Assembly (NCBI GenBank): GCA_002633005.1
Contig: NMRA01000158.1
Coordinates: forward strand, 246,229-310,228
Direction of reading: 5' to 3'
DNA length: 64,000 bases
Source of the DNA: Phoronis australis
Lineage: Eukaryota; Animalia; Phoronida
Under the pieces are notes generated by a model. It saw only the letters and a program-made list of their open reading frames with translations. It made no database searches and was not told where the DNA came from. Positions 13,140 to 26,234 of this stretch are shown here, one piece after another (position 1 is the stretch's first letter; each line of letters opens with the position of its first letter). The translations under genes and the position numbers were made by a program.

Positions 13140-16099
13140 CTGGTTTCCAACCGTCTTAGACTACAAACGCCCCCCCCACTTCCGAAACAAATTTTTCTAA
13201 GTACCCTAGGCGCTTATTAGGGCGAATGCGATAGCCCTAATAGATTGTGACATCAACGCAGAAAACAATGGTTTTTATTGACATTGGCAGCAAGTTTGTG
13301 GTGACAGACACAAACGGCCAGGCGACTGAACTTCAGGCTGGGGGAGTAGATTTTCTGGCTCACTCGCCCAGCTGGCGAGTGGGCTTTGAAACCTGGGTAC
13401 GGTATATCTCTGGTTCTGAGCATCCCTTGGCAGATATGGGACACGTGGTGCCAGCAGGGCAGAAGCACTAATTTACTTTGAATGCTGAAGTTAGAGAGTT
13501 ATGGCAATGGGACAGGTGTTGCCTCATGTAATTTTTTTCTTGTCTGTTAGTTTTTCTGAATAGTTCTGTTACAGTTTGGATTCACTTGATATGTGTTTGT
13601 CACGGTTGGATCATATTTCTGGGTGGCATGACACTGCTTGTAGCATTCTTAAAACATGCACATGAGTGCCTCACTTTGAATGCGAGTTATGATAACATTT
13701 AAGAAATGAAACTAAAGAAGGGCAGTTTCAGTTTCGTTCACTAGTTATTGGCATGCTTTTCGTAGATATACGTCACCACTAGATTCACCTCATTTTTCCA
13801 GGAAACATTATTTGTCATATAGAATTAATGAAACATTTTCTGGACTGATTTCTTTTACCCCAAGAAGTTGACATGGACCCCAAGAGTTTTAGATGGTGTG
13901 TCTGCACGACCTCAATGCTTGAAAGAGTGAGGCCAGCACTGTAACTGTGTTTCTATTATGCAATTGGAGATCATGGGACATTGATTGCCACTGGGTGAAC
14001 ATTGCAGTTGGCATACTTGATCAGGGAAGTTTTGTATTCTGACTTAATTGCCTGTTAAATTTGGAAATGGGGAATTCATGTTCATGCAGAGAATGTGAAA
14101 TTTCTGAAGTTTGGAAACTGCTGTCAGTAACGGGACTGTAAATAAAAATAACTAAAGAGCTGGCTTAAATCACACATAGTAGAATTTGTTTCATTGGCAA
14201 GATTGTTCTCACACTGTCATTGATTTGATGAAAGCTATGAGGTCTATGCCCTGAAGAGCATCAGGGGATATCAATCAGTTGAATGTTACAGTTGAACATG
14301 AGGAACCTATGGAATTCCATCTCCAGTTAAGGTTGCCACGGTAACATAATTCCCCTTCTGTTCCTCATTCTGTTCTGATGCCCAGTCTACAAAGCCGGCT
14401 TTTGTATCCATCATAGTGTAACATCTCCATGCCTGTTGTTGTGTTGACACAGGCATTGCCCCTATGCCAGCTTGTTGGTCTGATTGGCAGCTGGGCTGGT
14501 CTGGTGAGGAAAATATGTGCGGATCTATGCTGCCTTATTGATTTGCAGCGTGATATTTACAAACTGAATTTCTATGAAAGAGAGCTCTCGAATTGCTTAA
14601 GTTGTTCAGTAGTCTCTGCAGATTTGAGCACAGTACGTGGAAATGATGGAATCTCAGACTGCTTTAAGTGGAGCTTGATGATTTTTTGATTTAAGCAATT
14701 TGCAGTACATTATCATGGGCGTTTGTGGAGCGCTTTTAGAAAATGTCACAAATTGATGAGTGATGTTAAGGATGGCTGAATTGATTTTCAAATATTGTTC
14801 AAGAATGGCTTTAAACATTCTGAGCCGTAGTGCAAACTTGTTCAAACCATAAATATCCTGGTTAAAAGTCTGATGTGCTAAAATTGCTGATCTGTCACTT
14901 TTGTATTGGAGTTGGCGAAAATACACATTGAAAACATACCTGCTGTAAAAATGTAAAGTTGGATAACTCTAAGCGGCAGACTACCGCCTTTTTGTTCAGT
15001 TTCAAATTTGTTTACTTTTGAATCATTGTCTTGTTAAAATGATGTACTGATGTGAGGTAATGTGCAGATTTCACTATTAAAAAAAGTTTCGTCTTATGTT
15101 TAAAGTTGGTTTCATGTTCAGTATTTGATTTTATATGAAATAACTTGCAACTGAATAGTGTGATTCATTCCATTTGCACTGAATCCGTGTCACGTATATA
15201 TATATATTTAAAATACATCAGTCATAAAATGATATGTGACCCACGTATGACTGTCACTTTGCCTTCGGAGGTGAACAGGGCAGGGATTTGGCTCTTAAGT
15301 TACGAGAGAAGACCAGTTCTTTTGAAGAGTAAATTTGTTATACCCTGGTAGTGTAGAATAAGAGAGTGTTTTTGATGGCTAATTTTTAATGCACTGCAAG
15401 AGATGTCAACAGAGGCCATCAGAATACCATGTCTCTGGTGACGACTGTAACTCCTTGCCCTAAGTATACTACGACTCAAAATTGACCAGGTTTCTCCATT
15501 GGATAGGAGGCCTTACCATTTTAAAAATTCAGTGGAGCAAGTTGTGGGTGAACTCTAGTGGGGGGGCTTTAATTGAACATTGCCAAAAGTGGAGGATGGG
15601 TGTTAGCACGAGCAGTTGGGGATGTGTTGTCCCGAATATTTTCAGTGATGTCAAATCTTGAGTTTCCTCAGTATTCCTGATCAGCACATTGCTGCAGATT
15701 GAGTGAAATGACATGAAGTCATCGGATAGTCATGTGTCCCAAGCTGTGTTGACTCTGGTTAACCTAGAGTTTTCCCAGCCAGTGAGAATACAAATTAGTG
15801 TATCACTTCAATTTTTTTAAATTCGTTTTCGTTCAGTATGGAATCGTGCAAATGCTTTACAACCAGGAGCAAACCCTTAATTTTGGATATTGTGAGCAGC
15901 TAGGAATTGCCGTGATGGAATTAAAATCCAGATTGACATTTTATCGAGTTTATCTCGTTTGTGTTGAGGAATACATGGAACTTAAGGTTCAACAAAAAGT
16001 CTGATGGACATAAAAAGCATATTGATACAAAATTGATTGCAGGTTGGCACCACACTGTCTAATCAGCTCAGCCATTGACAGTAATTTTGATTGCTAGTT

Positions 16100-16658
16100 A
16101 CTTGTGGCTAATTGACCGTACAGTTTCTTTGAACTGTTCAATGTTGTTCAGGTCTGTAATGAACGGAGCTTGAACGTAAACTGCGAAGTTAACTGAACCG
16201 TTCATACTGGCTTCAGTAGTTAATGGACATCGAAGTAAACGGTAGCTAACGCTGTTGTCATCGAAGTAATCGCAAGGTAGCGCTGATGCATCGCATGTAC
16301 GCTAAGATGTTTTAATGTGATAATTTGGGAGCATTGACATGTGCTAATTGACAAAAAAACCTATTTCTAATTCGATTGGTGATTATTCAAGCAAAATATG
16401 AGCAACTATTAACGATGACACTGCCTTGTAATTCTTGACGATGACAGTGGCCTCTGGCGAAAACTTTGATGGGACCGAATTTGACCGTTCATACTCCACC
16501 ACAGCGTCGACGCTCTGCTGTTAATCCAACTGTTTACTGTGACGTCAACTGGTGACGTTAACTTCGATCCTGGACTGAAGTTAACTCTGAAGTTAACCGT
16601 TCATACTGACCACAACTCCCCAAAACATCGACGCGTCGACATTAGTATGAGAGGGCCT
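16100..16658. mobile_element. Degenerate MITE remnant with repeated accgttcatact motif
   Basis: accgttcatact at about 16197, 16485 and 16596; right end agtatgagagggcc; left boundary uncertain. Confidence 0.4.
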
Positions 16659-19600
16659 TGTGTCACCTGGTTTGCTGACACAGAAACAGGTCAACTTTGC
16701 ATGATTGCACCCCGCTGAACATCAGGATGTTCTGATGAGAATAGGAGTTCCATTTTTGCAGATTCTCATTAGTTTATCAAAGATAACCAGCATATAGTAA
16801 TTTTCCCAAAAATGGCGTTAAACTAGTTGCCTTCACCTTTAACATTTCCCAGTGCATGGAAAATCCATAATTGCTACACTATTACTATAATAAATGCTAA
16901 TACTCTTAGTTTATTATCTGTTGATCTGGCTCAGTCAGTATTATGCTGCCAGTCATTTTATGAATTATCCCTGGTGCTCAGCTGTCTCTCTCTCTCATGT
17001 GAGGCTAGATAGACACATTCCTTGTTTGGTGCTGGCCTAACGCTTTGCCAGCTAATCAATACTATTGCCGTACTTTATCCCGTTGCTGTTTCTGTCCTTG
17101 TTGGTCTTCTTACTATATACTGTATATTATTAGACCAAAAACCGGACGAAACGTTGATTGAACATGAACTGTTTTTATTTGTACGGCTGGTTTTTAATAT
17201 TACTGTGGCCGAAAACCGATTTAATTGTGAGAACAAGTCTTGCCTTCTGTACACACTCTGTGGTGCCATAACAGCTCTTAACACAGTACTTTCGCACTAT
17301 AGTTCTAATGCCAGTTGACCAGGTAAAATACCGTTGCCTAGGTCAGTGTCGTATTTTTTCTTAAGCCTTTGAAAGACGGTCGTTGCCGTAGGAAAGCAGA
17401 TGCAGTTCGCCCACTCTGTGAAATAGTTTTCTTTGATTTTACGTTTGATTTTAAGTTTTATGAAGTGATTTTAAAATTCCGTTACTGACTTGATCAAAAG
17501 CGTTCTGTGACGATCAATTTCTAGTGCTTTGTAACAGTTCAACATTTTGTACATTTACATATATATACAGTGAATTCTTTAATTTTGGACCGAAATAATT
17601 GCTAAAATTGCCATTTTACTATTTTTTAAGCTTACCACAAATACTCGAATGTTTACCAATGAAACATTTTTTGGCAAAAGCTATATCATACATACCATGC
17701 TTAATATTTTCTAATTGGTTATTTTTGCTGGGAAATTAGGAATAAATGAGATTTTTCTTGTCTGCCATACTGTGTCCTCCAAGTAAAAAATTGTTTCCAC
17801 AAGTTTTGAATTCAACCATGTGTTGCCCAGGAAGTTAGGCAGCATTCAATCATTGGTAGGTTTTGGTAATGACATGATGTTTTGATGGTATTTTTTATCG
17901 ATACCTGTGGGTGTGAAAATAAGGGACTGTTCAAATTTATAGTCACTTTCACAGGCATTAAAAACTTAAAGATTTTCTGACCTCATGGACAAAAGGTAAA
18001 TTTCAGTAAAGTAGTTGTATGAATATTTTATATTCAGTTGTGTAAGTGTGAGTTGGTCGTTAACCCGTAAAGTTTAAGAAAATTTTGGTATTTCTAATTC
18101 TGTTGTTCCAGATTTCTGTAAATGTATGTGTGCACTATGCACTACAGTGCTTGAATGTTCCTGCCAAAGAACCATGGCCATGTTAAAGATGTCTCATTAA
18201 AACAGTGAATATCAATTTTGTATCAAGCTCCACCTACTGACATGCTGGAGAACTGTGTGTACAAGTATAATTAGGAAAAGAAACAATTTGTTAGTAAATT
18301 GTTTTAAAGAAAACACAATTGGTACACTTAAAAACAAGTGTGAACATATAAAAACATAATAATTCCAAATGGTACACAATCGATATTAGATATTGAAATA
18401 AAAAATAATAAAATCTGTGCCTTATTCCATTAGGGTAATGATGAAATATTACCATACCCATTTTCATAAAAATAGTCTCGCAAAAGGAGACTTTCGCTGG
18501 ATTGTAATGGTAACTGGTTCTTGATTGTTTTCTGGCACACTGGAAAACACAGAGTTGTTTGTAATCTAGTACTTCATTTACATATTCACTATTGAATGAG
18601 ACATAGCATCTTTAAAGCTGTAGTATATTTTGTCATGTTTTCAGAGTGAAAAAGCAAGAAAGAATTATGTCTTGGCATTACCATTTTATGACGTCAAAAG
18701 CGTAGGCTGCAAACCTCAACTTCCATCCTCCTGAATGTTATGTACACTCTGGCTTGTGAAAATGACGATAAATGTGAACAGTCGTTAGCCTCACGTGTTC
18801 CTGTAACTAGGCAATCCGCCTAACTGCTCTGTATTTTCATCCTTGTAATTAGGCAAACTCGCAATTGAAGACAAAACATGGCGCAGAAACCTGTGATGTC
18901 ATTTGCCAATTTACCATGGAGCAATGTTCTGATAACTGTCGGAAAACCAGTTATGAAGTCAATTTAAAAGTGTTCAAGATTAAGCTATGCTGAAGTTGCC
19001 AAAGACTGATACGAAAATCGGTATTTGTGCTATCGTTTTTTAACGGCAGCTTCTTAATTTCGGTACTTGTGTAGTGATGTGCAGCCACAGTGGAATGTCT
19101 GACATCCTTCATGTAGCATCGTGTTTGGAATGAAATAGCCAATGGAAGCAGTTGCATAAAAATGAAGACAAAAATCCCATGCAATAATAAATTTCTTAGC
19201 AAAATCCACACTCAAATGTTCTCACATTTTATTGATTCATATGTGTGTATCTTGAATAAAAAATCTGCTCTGTGGAAATAATTGGAGTAGCTCAAATATT
19301 GGCAAGAACTCTAATGATGGCTTGTTGCAGTGCAGTGTCACCTTTAATTCTGAGCTATAATCAATGTCAAGGTGTGTGTCAAAAATCATTACAAAGTATT
19401 GTTTTCAGTGCCAGCATGTGCTAATTTTGTATGGTATAGGTTGGATGGAGAGAAATCGCAAGCGCATAAAGGGGGTTGTTGATTATTGAAGGTATACCAT
19501 CAGTATACTTCATCCGTTTGATTGGTTTAGGTCACGTCCGTAGACATTGACATTCGTTTTTTTTGCTGCTGTGGGTCTGACTTGGAAAATTAGTGACTTG

Positions 19601-19965
19601 AAGGTTGACGTGAATGGCGAAAGCTGTTGCAGTATTTCAGTGGTGAAAATGCAATTTTTATGTAGGCCACCGTACTTTACACGACAGCGTTATTTTTGCT
19701 ATCAGTAATTTTTTTTCGGTACCGTATGGGTTTTTAAGAGAAATTAGCAGCTAAGCACATTTACTCTCTGCTGACTATAAACAAAGGCTTCTTATCCCTG
19801 AGCAGGTGTGTCATTTAAATTAAGTGACCTGGCTTCAAAAACGCTAGCAAACACCCCAGCAGTTTTGGGGTAACTGAAACTGCGAGCCAATCGCCAGCAA
19901 AAGTGTCCCTGGCAACCATTCATTAGCAACTCATCCAGTATCATAAAATCTCACCAATTCGGAAT

Positions 19966-20167
19966 GCAATATATTGCGGACAGGTAAAATTTGACTTAAG
20001 ATATTGCGGACAGGTAAAATTTAATGCAATATATTGCAGACAGATAAAATTTAACGCAATATATTGCAGACAGGTACAATTTAACGTAATATATTGCGGA
20101 CAGGTAAAATTTGACGCAATATATTGCGGACAGGTAAAATTTGCCGCAATATATTGCGGACAGGTAA
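19966..20167. repeat. 30-bp minisatellite (about 6.7 copies) with palindromic GCAATATATTGC core
   Basis: gcaatatattgcggacaggtaaaatttaac units in tandem, no spacers. Confidence 0.95.
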
Positions 20168-21319
20168 GCTTCTATTTTCTCATTTTTCATAAATTGACAC
20201 ATAGTACCAAAATGATGGGTTCCCCCATACTCTAGTTTAGTTTCCATAGCAACCAACGGACAAAATTTAAAAACCTATGCTCATTTACAATAATGTTAAA
20301 AGCATTTGGAAAAAGAGAGAAAGTGTAATTTTGTTAATTATTTTTGTCCGAAATTGGTAAAATTATATCGTACCTGAACAGAGTATTTGTGATGTGATCT
20401 TGGTGCAAGTGGAGGTACTTAGTCTTCATATTTGTTGTACAGATTTACTGTGACAGTAAACAAGATAACAATAAGATATTGTTATAGCCAAATTATAAAT
20501 AGCAACCCTTGGGTGTAAAAATTGCTTCTATTTATTGATAATTCATGCAACCTAGATCAAATTAATCACTGCCTGCAGTTTCTCAATCTTATGGAGGTTG
20601 TCTGGTGTTTTATAACTTTGCTTATTGCCTCAAGATTGTCACATGATATGTCCTCTCATGTGATTGTAAGTGGCGGTGATGTTTGAGGTTTGCTGCGGAC
20701 CAAAATATCTTGGCTGACGTCAGTGAATCAAAGCTCAATGACCACTGGAGAATGGGGGGGGGGGTGAAGTGTGGAAGGTTTTGTTGCCATCCGTGTACAG
20801 CATGGCAAATGCGCAAAACCCGTGTAGTTACGTCAAGCAAATTAAAAGTGTCTTGAAGTCATGTTGCTAATGAATGAAAGAGTAGCCATTGACGAGCTTT
20901 GCATGGCAATGCTGGTAAAGAGTCGGTGGAAGATTCCAATGTGAATTGATTAGAGATAACTCATTTATTGTTGTGAACAACCAGTGAAGGACTCAATGTG
21001 GCGTGCAGGTATTTTTAATTTTTGTATTTCGTGGTAAGCAGCACGCAAATAACGCTTTTGTCAGATCCAAGTTCTGTGTCGTTGCCACCAGTAGACTACT
21101 GTAAAATGGAGCGGCCATGAACACTTGTTATTGAGCTGTGAAATTGGCCTCGAATTGTCCTTTAGTCTAATGAAAAGTGATTTCGGCACCTCGAAAGCAC
21201 TCGACAGTTCGTAATCTCTTCAGCCCATGCTCGTAAAATTTTACCAATAACTCGGCAGTAAAATTAAGACATTAGCATGTTCTTGTTATATGCCCTCCTT
21301 ACATGTGTGGGTGCAAATT

Positions 21320-23340
21320 GCCATGGACTTTTCATGAAAGTTGGCACAGGTGTTCCTATGATGATGACAGATTCTGGTGTCCTTGGGATGGATCCAGTTA
21401 CCACTGTGTCCTCTACTGGCTATTGTAGTACTTTATGTTTACCTCTATCTTTGGAGACCTTTGATGGATTTTCATGAAATTTGGCGAATAAACTTTTAGG
21501 AATGGAAAACGCCTTCCTAATCCAAAAGTGCCTCTGTTGTAAAAACTATGGCTGGCGAATCATTAAGGAGACGACCATGACTTCCTAGTTTTGGATTGAT
21601 TTGACATGTTGTGTACCACCTAGTGGCCATTTTCATTACTTACGATTTTTGGACTCCACCTCCCTATCTATCTGCAAGGTCTTTGTTAACTTTGGCGTGT
21701 GGTTTTCTATGAATGGTGCAACAGATGACAATTTTCAGGTGGATCTGAATACCACTGTGCCCCCAGTGGCAATTTTAGTGTTTTACATTGACCTCTTTTC
21801 CTTGACAAGGTTGTTTTTGGGAGGCGACAACGCCGTTCTGTTTCTAGATAGATTAAAGATGTATTCTGTGCCACCTAGCAACTACTGAGATTGATTTTCA
21901 GACAAGTAATGTGAAGTTGGAAGTGTTAACCTACAAGCTGACACTAGTTTGGTCCCAGAAGATGGCAAACGAGTAATGCTAGGGTGCTTCCTATATCACA
22001 TGTCACTCTTACAAAAGGCAGATCGGCGAATCCCTCTGCATAAGGTCTACATAATCTATGACCTCTGATTGGTCATTTCTTCATCACACCCATTCAGAGA
22101 CTTCGCAACGAGATTACACGCTTGTGACAGAAAGGTGACATTTCATCAATATATAGTGTCTTTTGAATAGGTTTCATGCATGCAAGAGATGGCGTATCCA
22201 TATTATCTTTTCGCAAAACAAGCAGATGTGTATTTCGGAAACTTTAGGTAACGAATGTTTTGTCTGTTGTGCAACGAAATTAAAACATGCCTTATATACA
22301 GTAGCGGAATCTGAGACATGCATGTGCATTGAAGTCGCCATTTACAAAGAATATGCAGTTTTTGTTAAATGTATAACAAGGAAACTGATGATATTCTGTA
22401 GATGAAGATGTGTCCTTTTTAGTGGCATGATTTTGTTCAGTTGAATAGTACCACGGCAATGATTTTTGAGAAAACACCAGAAAATTGGTTAACCAGTTTA
22501 CCTTTCCTGATACGGATCGCACTAAATTAATTTTTATGCATCCACATACCATATTTATGTGCCATCATCCCTTTCTGTCCATCCAGCGTCCGCTGCTCTA
22601 TTTCCAAAACCTTTTGATTTATGTTCATGGAATTTTGCACATGTTCCTTTCGTGAATTGGACAGCATGAACAAACCTTCGGACGGATCCTAAAACCAGTG
22701 TTCCCCCTGGTGACAAGTTTAGTTTTTCATGTTTGCCTCTCTATCTTCAAAGTTTGTCAACGAATTTTTGTAAAATTTGTCAGATAGGCATCATGTATAA
22801 GTGATATGACGCTATTGCCCCCGTTTTTGAATGAATTTGAGGTATGTTGCGGCTTCTGGTGATCATTGTTACTGGTTTTGAGTCTGTCAACCAAACCAAT
22901 GCCAGGATGATGGTGAAAATTGGGATGGTTCCTACCGTAAAGAGAAGGGCTGACGATGATTTTCCGACGACATTGACTACTGGGGCACTTCCTAATGGCC
23001 CATGGCTGTATCTCTTAAACCCTTTGCAGGATCTTTATTAGATTTAGCGAGAGTATTTATTTGAAATTGACAACGGACGATGACTTGTCAGGCGAATCCG
23101 ACAACGCTGTGCCCTCTAGTGGCATTTTCATTTTTTCCGTTTTCCTCTTTTTCTCTGAAGTTCCTTGATGGATTTTTTATGAAATTTAGTAAACAGATTT
23201 CTTTAAAAAAACAATGACATGTTGGTTGGATTCAACATTTTTATTTTGTGCCATTTAGTGGCCAATTTTACCATTTTCTAGTTTGTTTTTGGCGTCGGGC
23301 CCCTATATCAACCAAACCACTCTAATGATGATTTGAAAAT
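21320..23340. repeat. Degenerate repeat array (GTGCCnCTAGTGG ... GATGGATTTTCATGAAATTTGG units), interrupted at about 21900-22560
   Basis: Recurring ttcatgaaa(g/t)ttgg and gtgcc..tagtgg motifs roughly every 120-150 bp. Confidence 0.6.
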
Positions 23341-26160
23341 TGACGTTTATGTATCATTTAACTTTCCTCGGGAATTTTTTTTACACCGGCGTTTCTGATT
23401 GGCTGTTCAAATTCTCAACAGGTAACGCTTTACGCAAACAAACTTGCGTGACTGATGGAGGATTGGTAAGTGTGGTCTGTTGTACAGACAAATCGGTGCT
23501 TAATTCATGTTCAAGAAATGTGAATCTCAGATAATTGTGGTTGCGCCTTTTAGGAGTGTATCTTTCTACTGTCGCAGAATTTTGTTTACGTTGCTATGCT
23601 GTATTCACACAGTATGATTAACACGCCGGTTAAATCGGCCAGAAATGTGTTTATTGTACATGTATGTGCTTCAAGCACACAGCTATTAACTAAATAGTCG
23701 CTGTTACGCCACTTGCAGGACAAGGCTAAAAATTGTTCATAGTTGACCATTTTCCTTCTTTGTTGTAAAGCTAACCAATGATTGCCGAGGCTACATCAAC
23801 CAGTGATAGAGTGCGTTCTACTGAATGATACCAGCATGTTATCTACACGCTGGGGAACCAGCGAGGGTACTACATTGCACTCCTGTTTATGACCTTTGGT
23901 GACCTATGACCTGTATGTGATCTCAGTTGGTGTGGCGGGCCACTTACTGTTTATCTACTGTCCTTCTGGCATGTGACAGGTAGCCTCTTGTGGTTTTTAC
24001 AGCATGTGTAGTTGAGTTATTTATATAGCACAAGTGGGGGATTTTGCAACCAGGACAACAGGGTGGAAGGAATAAACCATTTATATATAGATCCAGTGGT
24101 TTGCTTACTGAGTTCATTGTAATCTGGGGATGCTCAGTGTGTGCCATGTCATTGGCTTGGTTTCCCCTGTAACTTACTGAGTGTGTTTTGACTGCAGACT
24201 GAGTGAGTATTGTTTTTACAAGTGCTAGATGAAAGTTGGAGAGAATTTCAGCAACTTTAACTCACAGATGCATATTTAGGCCCTTGCGCCTGTTTCCAAA
24301 ATACTGTTTTTGGAATGTTTTATGTAAGTGCCTCACATAGAGTTAAGTGCTTGGGAGTATCCTCCGGATATAATGCATCTCTTAAACTGAGTGTTTCTTG
24401 TGAATTTGGGGTCAGCCTCGAGAGGAATTCGAAACCACGTCCTCGAGGGTCGCTGTTGGAGGCTTTGCGATTGGAGCTAAAAGCCAATGTTGCACGTAAC
24501 TGAGTATTTTATGCATGTTCAAGTGGCAGAGCCTCAGGCCACAATATCAGTGAGTTCTATGGAATGTTGGAAACTAATATTCGGATTTCGGATTTTGTTG
24601 TTTTATATATCTGGTCAAGGGATCTTACCCGTCAATAATCCCCAAAACTTGTGAATAGATGGTAGCTTTAAGTTGAATAAGCTGTAGTGTGCAGAGGGGG
24701 GAGGGGGGTTCAATTTCTTGTGGCCAATTGAGAGGAACCATGTGTTGCGAATTAGGTCAGGTAGTGGGTAGGATTCTTGGAAAGACAAGTTGGTAGACAT
24801 GTTTTTAGGTTATTTCTGATGCCCTTGACCTGTATGGCAGTATGAAATGATTTATAAGTATTAACTAAATTTGATTGTTACGGTGTCTGAACAATCTTAG
24901 TTTGACTCGTAAAAAGTTCAATAATCTGTGTCACTTGCACTGTTTATTTGTGTGCTATGAAATCGAGGGCAAGTGCCAGATACAGCTGTTTCACAGATTT
25001 CAATGTATAGCCCCTGAACCTCATCAAGAGTTCAATAATCTATCTGACTAAGTGTTTGGAAGCTGTCTTTAATTCCCTTCAGGGTCATGAATAATTTAGC
25101 AGCTAACAGAGACACTTTTTAAGCAATCTTCTGAGATTGTTTGGCGTCAGTTTGACTGTTGCAAAATCTCATTTTTTTCTCATTTTGTCATTTAAAATGC
25201 TAACGCAAATCAAATGCAAAATCATTTTTCCCTTGAGGAATAATCACTGCATTGAGAACCTAAAATTTGTCTGGCGACCGAAAAAATGTATTTTGGACGT
25301 TGGAACTTTTTCCTTGAGATTATTAGCTTCGTCCATTAAACAGCAAAATCTGTTGTTTTTGTATCTTTTGTTACAAAACGCTAATTCTTAACAATGGCTG
25401 CCAATCTAAGCTTAACTGAAATAGAGGCAGCTACCTCATCAGTCGTTTCATTGCTAGACGCCATGAAAGTAGCCGAGGCCTAGGGATGTAACGGAGCTAT
25501 CGTACGGATAGTTGTATGTGAGAGACGGAGGCAAAGAGCAGAAGCACATTGGAGGACTAACATCTCTAGAATAAACATTTGGGTACGAAACTGAGTGCTG
25601 ACCTGCCGTGCAAGATGTGTTGCGAAAATAAAAGCGAAAGAAAAGCATACTCTAGAAAGAAAAGTGTTTTTGATGAAAAAGCATTGTCTGGGATTGTTCA
25701 TGTGATTCTGTTCAACTGATTTTTAAGTTAAAGAGTGTTCTAGAATGACTTCATTCACTGCACTGTTTCTCTTGCATCTGATGTATAATCTTTTAAAAGT
25801 AAACAATAGATTTGCATATGTTTCTAGAATTAATTACACGCTGTAGACACCATTGTAGTAACCGCTACTGGAGACCGACTTGTTGTGGTGCTGACTTACA
25901 AATTTGTATCTAGCACCAGATTCATTTTTCGCCTGTTTATTTGAGTCACCTCTAAGCTCATCTAGACTATTTATAGATTGCTCAGCAATAAATGCTGGCA
26001 ATCAATACTAAGCTGTCTCTTTGGGAAAGGGTGCCTGAAAAATTATAGGGATCTACTGCGCAAAAGGTACCTGCACCTCCAACAACTTTATCACTAACAG
26101 GTGGCGCTGCATGCAATGACTACCGCTAACAAGTACTGCTCAAATCGTCATAAGGCTTTT

Positions 26161-26234
26161 AGTAATAATGAAAATGTTGATAATAATAATAGTAGTAATA
26201 GTATTAATAATAATAATAATAATGATAATGATAG
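26161..26234. repeat. Imperfect (AAT)n microsatellite
   Basis: aataataat/agt/gat triplets. Confidence 0.85.

Larger units (their letters stand above)
9051..13231 (+). mobile_element. Element A: non-autonomous Tc1/mariner-pogo-like element with TA TSD, split into 9051-10008 and 13140-13231
   Basis: TA|ccgcattcgcccctaataagcgcc ... ggcgcttattagggcgaatgcga|TA; both halves are collinear with element B. Confidence 0.8.

Noticed and set aside
18612-19347. Second TTAA-flanked Kolobok-like MITE
   Set aside because: Terminal inverted match too poor to define.
19966-20167. CRISPR-like repeats (also 34741-34920 and 31960-32660)
   Set aside because: Units are contiguous with no unique spacers, there are no cas genes, and the context is eukaryotic intron.
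19996-20256. ORF with YLSAIYCVKF repeats
   Set aside because: It is the translation of the 30-bp minisatellite.
25400-25700. Alternative promoter or first exon (TCAGTC initiator-like)
   Set aside because: A single short motif with no clear downstream donor; not supportable without CAGE or RNA data.
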